The notes under the pieces are model-generated. The model was not told where the DNA came from. It worked only from the letters and a program-made list of their open reading frames with translations, and did no database searches. Position numbers and translations under genes: made by a program. A DNA stretch of 64,000 bases from an uncultured Candidatus Rokubacteria bacterium (GTDB taxonomy: Bacteria; Methylomirabilota; Methylomirabilia; Rokubacteriales; CSP1-6): positions 64,001-128,000 of the forward strand of contig CAVXJS010000021.1 in assembly GCA_963762145.1 (NCBI GenBank), given 5' to 3'. This document shows positions 24,216 through 33,110 of this stretch, one piece after another (positions within the stretch are counted from its first letter, which is position 1; each line of letters starts with the position of its first letter).

Positions 24216-24700
24216 TCAGGTACGGCTCGTCAGCAGCTTGATGCCGGCCAGAGCGAACACGGCTCCTAGCGCCCCCTGGATCCACCGTCGCGCCCGGGAG
24301 TACGCGGGCACCATCACCCGAATGGAGAACGCCTGGCATACACCCAGTGGATGATGATCGACAGGATGGACGTCCCGGCCACGATGGCGAATGCGACCCA
24401 CACGGGTGCGTGCTCCTGGAGCCCCAGAGAAATGATTGCGATCCACGCCAGCGCGGCCTTCGGATTGGTCATCTGAATCGTGAGTCCGCGCACCGCATAC
24501 CCGAACGGCGTCCGGGTCGATCCGGACAGCGTGGTGGCCTCGAGGTCGTGCGCCGAGGCGGCGGAGCGGAACGACTTGTACGAGAGCCAGAGCAGGTACC
24601 GTCCGCCCGCGATCTTGATGGCGGTGAGCGCGGCCGCATATGACGCGAGCAGCGCGGACAACCCGACCGCGGCCAACATGGCCCAGCAGATGGCAATCTC
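24216..24700 (-). pseudogene. LysE/RhtB translocator fragment, 5'-truncated and frameshifted
   Basis: IKIAGG.YLLWL, QMTNPKA, RRWIQGALGAVFALAGIKL split over two frames; N-terminal PGP region absent. Confidence 0.8.
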
Positions 24701-24868
24701 GTCCGTTTGGGTGCGTCTCTTCTGGCGGAAATGAGGAACGGGGGTCCGATTCGTCGCCACTAACTCCCCTATCCGGCGAGCGCGATCATCCATTGTAAGT
24801 ACCCGCCGGGTCGCCATTGTCTGGATGTCACCGGTCACCCGGCCGGTCTGAATCCCGGGGCGGGCGGT

Positions 24869-24898
24869 TTGCCATCCAAAGGGGCATCAGCGTAAGCT
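24869..24898 (+). promoter_or_regulatory. Possible sigma70 promoter of the MFS gene
   Basis: TTGCCA-18 bp-TAAGCT. Confidence 0.45.
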
Positions 24899-24929
24899 GG
24901 TGCGGTTTCCCGATCGCGAGGAGGAGCGG

Positions 24930-26219
24930 GTGAAGGCAACGCGGAGCGGAGTGCACTACGCGTGGGTCGTCCTGGGCGCCCTCGTGGTCGTCATGCTGCT
25001 GGCCTCCGGCCTGCGGGCCGTCTTCGGCGTGTTCATCAAGCCGATGGAGACCACCTTCGGCTGGGACCGGGCCGCGCTGTCGGGCGCCGCCGCGCTCTCG
25101 CTGCTGCTCCTGGGCGCCGCCGGCCCCTTCGTCGGCTGGCTCGCCGACCACTGGGGCCCGCGCCGGGTCATCATGCTCTCCGTGCTCCTGCTCGGGATCG
25201 GGACGATCCTGACCTCGCAGGTGAGCGCGCTCTGGCAGGTCTACATCACAGCGGGCGTGTTGATGGCGCTGGGCTCGGGCGGCGTCGGCATGTCCACCGC
25301 GGCGACCGTCGCCGCGCGGTGGTTCGAAGGTCGCCGCGGGCTCGTGATGGGCGTGATCGGCGGCGCCATGTCGGCAGGCCAGCTCATCATCGTGCCGCTC
25401 GCGGTCATCTTCACCCTCACGTTCGGCTGGCGGCTATCGTTCATCTGGCTCGGCATCCTGCTCTTCGTCATCGCGGTGCCGTTGACCCTCCTGTTCATCC
25501 GCAACGACCCGGGCGAGAAGGGCCTCAAGGCCTTCGGCGCGGGCCAGGCCATCGCGCCCGGCGGCATGCAGGCTCCGCCGGAAGGCCGGACCGGCATCGG
25601 CGACGCGATCCACGTCCCCGCGTTCTGGCTCCTGGCGGGCAGCTTCTTCGTCTGCGGCTACACGTCGAACGGGCTCGTGCTGACTCACCTGGTACCCCAC
25701 GCGGCCGAGCACGGCTTCTCCGAGATGCACGCCGCGCAGGCCCTGGGCGTGATGGGCGCGATGAACATCCTGGGTACCGTGCTCTCGGGCTGGATCTGCG
25801 ACCGATTCGGGCGCAAGGGGCCCCTCGCCTTCTACTACGGCGTGCGCGGCTTGTCGCTCCTGTTCCTGCTCTATGTCTGGAACGTGCCGTCGCTGCACAT
25901 CTTCGCGGCGATCTTCGGGTTGAACTACATCTCGACGGTGCCGCCCACCACCACGCTGACCGCCAACATTTTCGGCCGCTACTCGGTGGGCACGCTCTCG
26001 GGCTGGATCTTCTTCGCGCACCAGGCCGGCGCGGCGCTCGGCGCGGCGATCGGAGGCTGGATCTTCACCGCCACCGGCTCCTACACCTGGGCGTTCACCT
26101 CCGCGGCCTTCATGGCGTTCCTGGCGGTGCCCATGGCGCTCGCAATCAAGGAAGTGCCGGTGAACCGGACCCCCAGCAAGACGGTGGCCCCCGCCGGCCT
26201 GCCCGCCACGGCGAGCTAG
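24930..26219 (+). CDS. MFS transporter (OFA/MCT-like)
   Basis: About 12 hydrophobic segments; GWLADHWGPRRV, ARWFEGRRGL, GWICDRFGRK; GAGGAG SD before GTG. Confidence 0.93.
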   Translation: MKATRSGVHYAWVVLGALVVVMLLASGLRAVFGVFIKPMETTFGWDRAALSGAAALSLLLLGAAGPFVGWLADHWGPRRVIMLSVLLLGIGTILTSQVSALWQVYITAGVLMALGSGGVGMSTAATVAARWFEGRRGLVMGVIGGAMSAGQLIIVPLAVIFTLTFGWRLSFIWLGILLFVIAVPLTLLFIRNDPGEKGLKAFGAGQAIAPGGMQAPPEGRTGIGDAIHVPAFWLLAGSFFVCGYTSNGLVLTHLVPHAAEHGFSEMHAAQALGVMGAMNILGTVLSGWICDRFGRKGPLAFYYGVRGLSLLFLLYVWNVPSLHIFAAIFGLNYISTVPPTTTLTANIFGRYSVGTLSGWIFFAHQAGAALGAAIGGWIFTATGSYTWAFTSAAFMAFLAVPMALAIKEVPVNRTPSKTVAPAGLPATAS

Positions 26220-26242
26220 CGGGCTGGAGTAGAATGATGGGC

Positions 26243-28672
26243 ATGACGAACGAAGGCACCACCCAGCTTCCGCCCGATTTCGTGCGGGACTTCCCCTTCG
26301 AGAGCCGCCTCAGCCTGGCCCCGCTGATCCGCTTCTGGGACGAGGAGGCCAAGGACCCGTCGGTCTGCGGGGAGATGGCGCGGTCGCTCATGACGCGCGT
26401 GCATCAGGTGCCCGCGCTCCTCGGGCCGATCGACGACATCACGGTGCTGGACGAGCACGGCGAGCTGGTGGACGGGTTGATGGGCGCGGTGTTCCCGGCC
26501 GTGTTCTGGGAGGAGGCCTTCATGGGCGCGCTGATCCCGTTCACGCTCCGCAGCGTGTACGGCACGCGCGCGTTCGACAACCAGATCATGGGCCCCGACG
26601 GCGTCCTCTACGGCCGGCTCAACCTCGAGATGGCCACGCTGAAGGACTTCCGCCTGCTGAACGCCTACGCGCTGATCCTCGAGCGCCTGCACGGCATCAA
26701 GTTTCCGGTGGACTATCCGCTGATCCTGACCATGCCGGAGCCCGAGACCGGCCTGGATCGCCATTTCAAGATCCAGTTCGAGGGCCGCTTCGTGGACGTG
26801 GAAGCGCTGCGTCCCCTGCCCCCGCTGTCCGACGAGATGCGCGGGCGCCTCAGCGCCCAGGCGGTGGACCTGGAAACCCTCAAGGCCCTGATTCCACCCG
26901 GCAGCGTGCGCTTCGTCGGCTTCACGGTGGTGAAGGCGCTGGACGTGACGGACCAGGAGGTGCTCTCGTCGATCAAGCGCGACCTGATCGACAAGGAGTC
27001 CATCGTCTCGAACGCGCGCTTCGTGAAGCTGCAGGCGAAGCTGCGGACCCTCTTTCGCCGCGCGGATCTCCACCTGAGCCTGGCCGCCATCGAGGGCGAG
27101 CGCGTCCTGGTGCTCAACTCCGGCCACCACCTCGACCACGGGCAGGGCTGCATCTTCGCGAGCTCGGTGCGCGGGAAGACCAAGGACTACGCGGGCTCCG
27201 TCTTCGAGAAGGCCGTCGTGAGCGGCCGGCCCATCTTCATCGGGGACCTCGCCGCGGTGAGCCCGCGCTCGGCCAAGGAGGAGATCCTCCTCCAGAAGGG
27301 CATGCGGAGCCTGGTGGTGGCGCCCCTGCACTACCAGGGCGAGCTCATCGGGACGCTCAGCCTCTCCTCCCCGCGGCCGGGCGACATCAACGCGCTCCTG
27401 GCGCCGCGGCTGCAGGAGGTGCTGCCGCTGTTCTCGGTGGCGGTGCGGCGGAGCGTGGACGAGCTGCACTCGCGGGTGGAGGGCTTCATCAAGGAGCAGT
27501 TCACCGCGATCCACCCGGTCGTGGAGTGGCGCTTCCGCAAGGCGGTGCTGGAGACGATGGACCGGCACACCGCGGACGGCGAGCCAGGCCGCGAGATGGA
27601 GCCGATCGTATTCCGCGACGTCCACCCGCTCTTCGCGGTGTCCGACATCCGGGGCTCGTCGACCCATCGCGCCTGGGCGATCCAGGCCGACCTGCTCACC
27701 CAGCTGGGCCTCGCCCGCGAGGTGCTGCGCGCCGCGTACGAGGTGCGGCCGCTGCCGATCCTCGACCAGCTCACCCATCGCATCGACGGCTCCACCGCCG
27801 AGATCGAGGTGACGCTCCGCTCGGGCGACGAGATGGGGGTGCTCGGCTTCCTCAAGACGGATCTCGAGCCGCTCTTCGGCCACCTGCAGACCTTCGGTCC
27901 CGCGGTGCGCGAGAGGATCGACGCCTACCGGGCCGCGGTGGATCCGGGCATCGGCCTGGTCTACGCGCGGCGCAAGGAGTTCGACGAGAGCGTGACCCGG
28001 ATCAACGACGCGGTGGCCTCCTACATCGAGCTGGAGGAGCAGGCGGCCCAGGGCATGTTCCCCCACTTCTTCGAGAGACAAAAGACGGACGGGGTGGACT
28101 ACACGATCTATCTGGGCGGCGCCCTCCGCGAGGACGGCGTCTTCGACCCGCTCTACCTCAAGAACATGCGCCTCTGGCAGCTCATGGTGGCCTGCGGCAT
28201 CGCGCTGCGGGTGGAACGGCTGAAGGACCGGCTGCCGGTGCGCCTCGACATCACCAACCTGATCCTGATCCAGCACGCCCCGCTCTCGATCCGCTTCCGC
28301 GGGGACGAGAAGCGCTTCGACGTGGACGGCGCTTACAACGTTCGGTACGAGATCATCAAGAAGCGGATCGACAAGGCCATCATCCGCGGCTCCACCGAGC
28401 GCCTGACCCAGCCCGGCAAGATCGCGCTGGTCTACTCGCACCCGAGCGAGGCCGCGGAGTGGCGCGAGTACATCGAGTACCTCCAGCGTCTGGGTTATCT
28501 GACCCCGGACGCCGAGGAGCTCGAGCTGGACGAGCTGCAGGGCGCCCAGGGCCTGCGCGCGCTCCGGGTGAGCGTGGACCTGGCCAACCGCGAGCTGGAC
28601 GTGCCGTCCATCACCACGGTGACCGCCGCCGCCCCGCCTCGCGCCGAAGGCGAGAGGACACCGGCGGCGTAG
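26243..28672 (+). CDS. Large GAF-domain protein with a putative divergent class III nucleotide-cyclase-like C-terminal domain
   Basis: GAF core RSLVVAPLHYQGELIGTLSLSS; C-terminal SDIRGS, KTDGVD and KRFDVDGAYN motifs (cyclase assignment is inference). Confidence 0.8.
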   Translation: MTNEGTTQLPPDFVRDFPFESRLSLAPLIRFWDEEAKDPSVCGEMARSLMTRVHQVPALLGPIDDITVLDEHGELVDGLMGAVFPAVFWEEAFMGALIPFTLRSVYGTRAFDNQIMGPDGVLYGRLNLEMATLKDFRLLNAYALILERLHGIKFPVDYPLILTMPEPETGLDRHFKIQFEGRFVDVEALRPLPPLSDEMRGRLSAQAVDLETLKALIPPGSVRFVGFTVVKALDVTDQEVLSSIKRDLIDKESIVSNARFVKLQAKLRTLFRRADLHLSLAAIEGERVLVLNSGHHLDHGQGCIFASSVRGKTKDYAGSVFEKAVVSGRPIFIGDLAAVSPRSAKEEILLQKGMRSLVVAPLHYQGELIGTLSLSSPRPGDINALLAPRLQEVLPLFSVAVRRSVDELHSRVEGFIKEQFTAIHPVVEWRFRKAVLETMDRHTADGEPGREMEPIVFRDVHPLFAVSDIRGSSTHRAWAIQADLLTQLGLAREVLRAAYEVRPLPILDQLTHRIDGSTAEIEVTLRSGDEMGVLGFLKTDLEPLFGHLQTFGPAVRERIDAYRAAVDPGIGLVYARRKEFDESVTRINDAVASYIELEEQAAQGMFPHFFERQKTDGVDYTIYLGGALREDGVFDPLYLKNMRLWQLMVACGIALRVERLKDRLPVRLDITNLILIQHAPLSIRFRGDEKRFDVDGAYNVRYEIIKKRIDKAIIRGSTERLTQPGKIALVYSHPSEAAEWREYIEYLQRLGYLTPDAEELELDELQGAQGLRALRVSVDLANRELDVPSITTVTAAAPPRAEGERTPAA

Positions 28673-28674
28673 AC

Positions 28675-28899
28675 GTGGGCCGGACCGCGCGGCGGTCTGT
28701 CCTGATCCTGCTCGCGGCCGCGACTCTGGCCGGCTGCGCCACCACGGCCCCGGGGCGCCCCCGTACCGCGGAGGTCGACCAGGCGCCTCGCCGCTGCTCT
28801 CCCGCCGATCCGGAACGCTGGGCCTGGTTCTGCGTCGTCGGCCAGATCCTCTACGGCGCGGCCGCGTTCTTCACCCCGGCCAGCGCGACGGTGCGCTAG
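28675..28899 (+). CDS. Small hypothetical lipoprotein
   Basis: GTG start, basic N-terminus, lipobox LAGC, Cys pair and hydrophobic C-terminus. Confidence 0.65.
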   Translation: MGRTARRSVLILLAAATLAGCATTAPGRPRTAEVDQAPRRCSPADPERWAWFCVVGQILYGAAAFFTPASATVR

Positions 28900-29687
28900 C
28901 TCCCCATCACGATGCCACCGTCCACGTTGATCGCCTGACCGGTCATGTAGTCCGAATCCGGACCCGCGAGGAACGCCACCACCCCCGCGACGTCCTCCGC
29001 CCGCTCGGGGCGTCCGAGCGGGATGTGCCGGATCCGCCGTTTCCACGCCTCACCCTGCCCCAGCCCCTCGAGCGCACCCCATTCCTTGTCGATCTGCTCC
29101 CACATGGGCGTCTCGACCGCTCCCGGGCACACGCAGTTGGAGGTGACCCGCTCCGGCGCCAGCAGCTGGGCGGCGGACCGCGTGAGGCTCACCACTCCCG
29201 CCTTGGACGCCGAGTACGGCGTCATGAGGTGATTGCCACCCCGGTACGACGCGATGGACGCGGTCTGGATCAGCTTGCCCCGCAGCTCCGACCCCGCCAT
29301 CACGTCCTGCTTCACCATGCGCTTCGCCACCGCCTGCATCACGAAGAACACCGCCCGCAGATTCACGTCCATGACGCGGTCCCACTCCGCCTCGGTGACG
29401 TCGAACATGGGCTCCACGCGAATGACCCCCGCGTTGTTGAAGAGCACGTCGAGCCGCCCCCACCGCTTGTAGGGCTCGTCCACCATGCGCGCGATGTCGT
29501 CGGGCTTGGTGACGTCGGCCTTCACCGCCACCTGCCGGAGCTCGGCGGCGAGCTTCTCCACGCCGGCGCCGTCCTGGTCGGCGAGGACCAGCCGGGCGCC
29601 GTCCGCCGCGAGGCGGCGGGCGGTGGCGGCGCCGATGCCGCGGGCCGCGCCGGTGATCAGCACTGTGCGTCCATCGAGCGATGTCAT
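28896..29687 (-). CDS. SDR oxidoreductase (sorbitol/acetoin dehydrogenase-like)
   Basis: TGAARGIG, NNAG, YSASK, VETPMWEQID, TGQAINVDGG. Confidence 0.92.
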   Translation of the reverse strand: MTSLDGRTVLITGAARGIGAATARRLAADGARLVLADQDGAGVEKLAAELRQVAVKADVTKPDDIARMVDEPYKRWGRLDVLFNNAGVIRVEPMFDVTEAEWDRVMDVNLRAVFFVMQAVAKRMVKQDVMAGSELRGKLIQTASIASYRGGNHLMTPYSASKAGVVSLTRSAAQLLAPERVTSNCVCPGAVETPMWEQIDKEWGALEGLGQGEAWKRRIRHIPLGRPERAEDVAGVVAFLAGPDSDYMTGQAINVDGGIVMGS

Positions 29688-29848
29688 CTTGGCTCCTCTC
29701 TGTTCGGTGGGTACATGCCTGTCTCGCTCGGTCGGAGCGCGACTGGCCGATGGTGCAGGACCGTGCGTGAGCAGCCCGGTTGGGCAGCTGCCCGCGCTGC
29801 CACCCCGGCGCACATACTCCGCTGCCTCATTCCGGGTCGCTCACCGGC

Positions 29849-30597
29849 TCACGGCACGCCCAGCAGCTTCCGGAACTCCTCCAGCTCCGGCTTGGGTACC
29901 CCGGGATGCTCGCGCACCTTCGCATAGACCTCGGCGGGGTTGTTCTCGATCGCGCGGCTCACCCTCGAGAATACGCGCAGGAGGGTACGGGCCTCCTTGT
30001 CGGCCTTCTTCTGCACGAGGGAGCCGCCGATGCGGCCGATGGCACGGATGACCGCGTTGTCGATCTGCACGAACGAGGTGAGCACGGTGACCACCTGCTG
30101 GCGGTCCGGCTGGGGAGCGGGCTGAAACTTGTAGGCGAGAGCCACGACCGCCCGGCCCTTGATGTCGGGCAGGGACGACTGGTAGGCGCCCTGGGCGTGC
30201 ATGAGGCGCAGACCCGGCTCGGCGTGGGCGAGGGCGAACGTCCCCTTCACGCCCCAGCCGTCGTCGAGCCAGAGCGATCCGCCCTCACGCCAGATCTTGT
30301 AACGGGCGACCTTCAGCGCCCGGGTGACGTGGCTGGCGAACTCCGGGTGATCGAGCAGGTACTCGAAGACCTCGGGACGGACGAGGTAGGGCTCGAACTC
30401 CATCCGCGTGGAGGCGAAGGCGTTCTTGACGATCTGCTCGAAGGCCTTGCGGTCCTTCGGAGGGAGCTGCGGCGGGAGCGGCAGCGTCGGCTGGGCGACA
30501 CCCAGACCCGTGCCGCCCAGCAGCGCGCAGAGAGCCAGGAGGACGGCGAGCGCGAAGCGGGGGCGTGACCGCCGACGCGGGCGCGCGCCGACTACCA
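29849..30597 (-). CDS. Hypothetical exported protein (start uncertain)
   Basis: ORF 29849..30403 extends in frame upstream through a signal-like stretch RPRFALAVLLALCALLGG. Confidence 0.7.
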
Positions 30598-32361
30598 GCC
30601 GATGGCGTGCGCGCCGCGGCGTGGATCGGCTCCGCCCAGGCGCACGCCGTCCTTGCCCACCACCGAGGCGCAGACCGCGCCCGCGCGCCAGTCGTAATCG
30701 GGCCAGTCGGTGATGAGGTGACCCAGCTTCGCCAGCTCCGCGCGCGTCTCGGGGGCGATGCGGGCCTCGACGTCGAGACGACCCGGCGAGTTCGTGTGGG
30801 GCCAGAACGAATCGGGGAAGCTCCGCGTGGCGAGCCGCGGAGCCTCGATCGCCTGCTGGGGCGCCATGCCGTAGGCCACCATGTTGAGGAACACCTGGAG
30901 CATCGCTTGCTGCTGCACGTCGCCGCCCGGCGTGCCGAAGGCCATGAAGGCGCGGCCGTCGCGAAGGACGAGAGACGGGGCGGGGGTGAGCCGCGGCCGC
31001 TTGCCTCCCGCGACCTCGCTGGGATGCCCGGGCACGAGCCAGCCCTGCGAGCCGCGCGGCGAGACCACGCAGCCGACGCCCGGGATCACCGGCGAGTCCA
31101 CCCCGCCCGGGTCGCTGGGCGTGGCGGAGAAGGCGTTGCCCTCGGCGTCGATCACGGAGACGTACGAGGTATCGAGCGTGCCCGCGTGCGAGGGCGCGCC
31201 GACCCTGGAGCCGGCCGCGTGCCCGTTGCGCACCGCGGCCTTGCCCTCGGGGTCACCCGGCGGGGGCATGTCGGGCCACGCGCGATCCTCGCGGATCAGC
31301 CCGCGGCGGAGATCCGCGTAGGCCTTCGACAGCAGCGCGTCCGCCGGGACCTTCACGAAGCGCGGATCGCCGTAGTAGGCCTCGCGATCGGCGAACGCCA
31401 GCTTCATGGCCTCGACCAGGATGTGGAGCGCGCGCGGCGTGTTGTGGCCGAGCGCGGGCCAGTCGTAGGGCTCGATCAGGTTCAGCATCTGTAAGAAAAC
31501 CGGCCCCTGGCACCAGAAGCCGCACGACGCGACTTCATAGTCGTGGAAGGTGGTCCTGAGCGCGGGCGCGATCTCGGCCTGGAACCCGGCCAGGTCCTCG
31601 AGCGCCATCAGGCCGCCCTCGCGGGCGTGGTAGTCCACGATGCGCCGGGCGATGTCGCCCTTGTAGAAGGCGTCGCGCGCGGCGCGGATCGCGCCCGCGC
31701 GGCCGCGGCTGCGCGAGCGGATCTCGGCCGCTACCATCTCCTTGATCGTCGCGGCCAGCTCCGACTGCACGAAGAGCTGTCCGGCCGCGTGCGGCTTGCC
31801 GCCCGGCAGGAAGAGCTTGGCCGAAGTCGGGAAGCGCGCGTAGCGCTCGGCATTGTTGGCCATGATGGAGGCCGAGAAGGCCGAGGTGGGGAAGCCGTGC
31901 TCGGCGCACTCCAGCGCGGACGATACCGCATCCGTGAACGACAGCGTGCCCCAGCGCTCGAGCGCGACGCACCAGGCGTCGGGCGCGGCGGGCACGACCG
32001 TCCGCAGCAACCCGATCGGGAGATCGCCGCCGTGCTGGGTGCGGAAGAGGTCGGCGGTCAGGCGCCGCGGATAGGGGCCGACCCCGGAGACCTCGAAGGT
32101 CTCGCCGGTCGAGGCCAGGTGCACCAGGATCGGCGCCACGCCGGCGAAGCTCACCATGTCGGGATGGACCACACCCAACATGAAACCGCCCGCGACTCCC
32201 GCGTCGATCGCGTTGCCCCCGGCGGCCAGCACGCGCGCGGCCGCCTGCGCGGCGAGCGGATGCCCGGCCGCCACCATCCACTTCCGCCCCATCACCTGCG
32301 TCATCGGGCCCGAGCCCGCCGCCGCAGCGCTGCGCTGGTACTGCGCGGAGTCGAGTGTCAT
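30592..32361 (-). CDS. ggt: Gamma-glutamyltransferase family protein
   Basis: GGNAIDA, KLAFADR, DTSY nucleophile Thr, KRPRLT, GTPGGD, GADPRR. Confidence 0.95.
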   Translation of the reverse strand: MTLDSAQYQRSAAAAGSGPMTQVMGRKWMVAAGHPLAAQAAARVLAAGGNAIDAGVAGGFMLGVVHPDMVSFAGVAPILVHLASTGETFEVSGVGPYPRRLTADLFRTQHGGDLPIGLLRTVVPAAPDAWCVALERWGTLSFTDAVSSALECAEHGFPTSAFSASIMANNAERYARFPTSAKLFLPGGKPHAAGQLFVQSELAATIKEMVAAEIRSRSRGRAGAIRAARDAFYKGDIARRIVDYHAREGGLMALEDLAGFQAEIAPALRTTFHDYEVASCGFWCQGPVFLQMLNLIEPYDWPALGHNTPRALHILVEAMKLAFADREAYYGDPRFVKVPADALLSKAYADLRRGLIREDRAWPDMPPPGDPEGKAAVRNGHAAGSRVGAPSHAGTLDTSYVSVIDAEGNAFSATPSDPGGVDSPVIPGVGCVVSPRGSQGWLVPGHPSEVAGGKRPRLTPAPSLVLRDGRAFMAFGTPGGDVQQQAMLQVFLNMVAYGMAPQQAIEAPRLATRSFPDSFWPHTNSPGRLDVEARIAPETRAELAKLGHLITDWPDYDWRAGAVCASVVGKDGVRLGGADPRRGAHAIGW

Positions 32362-32384
32362 GGCGCGTATGCTAACATACCGCC
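32362..32384. promoter_or_regulatory. Overlapping divergent -10 elements (bidirectional leaderless-type promoter)
   Basis: TAGCAT (minus, 32369-32374) 7 nt from ggt ATG; TAACAT (plus, 32373-32378) 6 nt from the PuuD-like ATG. Confidence 0.6.
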
Positions 32385-33110
32385 ATGGCGCACCGCTTGC
32401 CGCTCATCGGCGTCAGCACCTCCATCACGGTGGGCGCAAGTCCCGAGCGGGCCTACGTGAATTCCTCCTACCTGCACGCGGTCCAGCAGGCCGGCGGCGT
32501 TCCGGTGCCGCTGCCGCCGCAGCTCTCGGCCGCGTCGCTCCAGCAGCTCGCCGGCGCGCTCCACGGCCTCCTGCTCACCGGCGGCGGCGACATGGATCCG
32601 GCCCTCTTCGGCCAGGCGCCGCATTCCACGCTGTACGACGTCGCCCCGTCGCGCGACACGCTCGAGACGTCGGCGCTGCATCTCTCGCTCGCGCGCGGAG
32701 TGCCCGTCCTCGCGGTGTGCCGCGGGGTCCAGGTGCTGAACGTGGCGCTCGGCGGCACGCTCTACCAGGACGTGGCCACCGAGCCCGGCACCCAGATCCC
32801 GCACAGCCAGAAGGAGCCGCGGGATCAGCCCACCCACAAGGTGAAGGTCGCGCCGGGCAGCCGCCTGGCCGAGACGCTCGGCACCGACGAGATCGAGGTG
32901 AACAGCATGCACCACCAGGCGATCCACCGCCTCGGCCGCGGGCTCACCGCGGTGGCGTGGGCGCCCGATCAGCTCGTGGAGGGCGCGGAGATCGCCGACC
33001 CCGCGCGCTTTGTGCTCGGCGTGCAGTGGCATCCGGAGGAGATGGTGGGCCATTCCGAGCCGGCCCGGCGCCTCTTCTCCGCGCTCGTGGCCGCGGCACG
33101 CAAATCCTGA
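32385..33110 (+). CDS. Gamma-glutamyl-gamma-aminobutyrate hydrolase family (PuuD-like, peptidase C26)
   Basis: LLTGGGD, VCRGVQ, VNSMHHQ, VQWHPE. Confidence 0.95.
   Translation: MAHRLPLIGVSTSITVGASPERAYVNSSYLHAVQQAGGVPVPLPPQLSAASLQQLAGALHGLLLTGGGDMDPALFGQAPHSTLYDVAPSRDTLETSALHLSLARGVPVLAVCRGVQVLNVALGGTLYQDVATEPGTQIPHSQKEPRDQPTHKVKVAPGSRLAETLGTDEIEVNSMHHQAIHRLGRGLTAVAWAPDQLVEGAEIADPARFVLGVQWHPEEMVGHSEPARRLFSALVAAARKS

Noticed and set aside
24962-28672. 1236-aa ORF suggesting a giant protein
   Set aside because: The first ~425 codons are an off-frame reading of the MFS gene. The real protein starts near 26243.
29690-29848. 160-bp leader upstream of the SDR with short palindromes (possible riboswitch)
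   Set aside because: I recognised no riboswitch consensus, and short GC palindromes are expected by chance at this GC content. An Rfam/Infernal scan would settle it.
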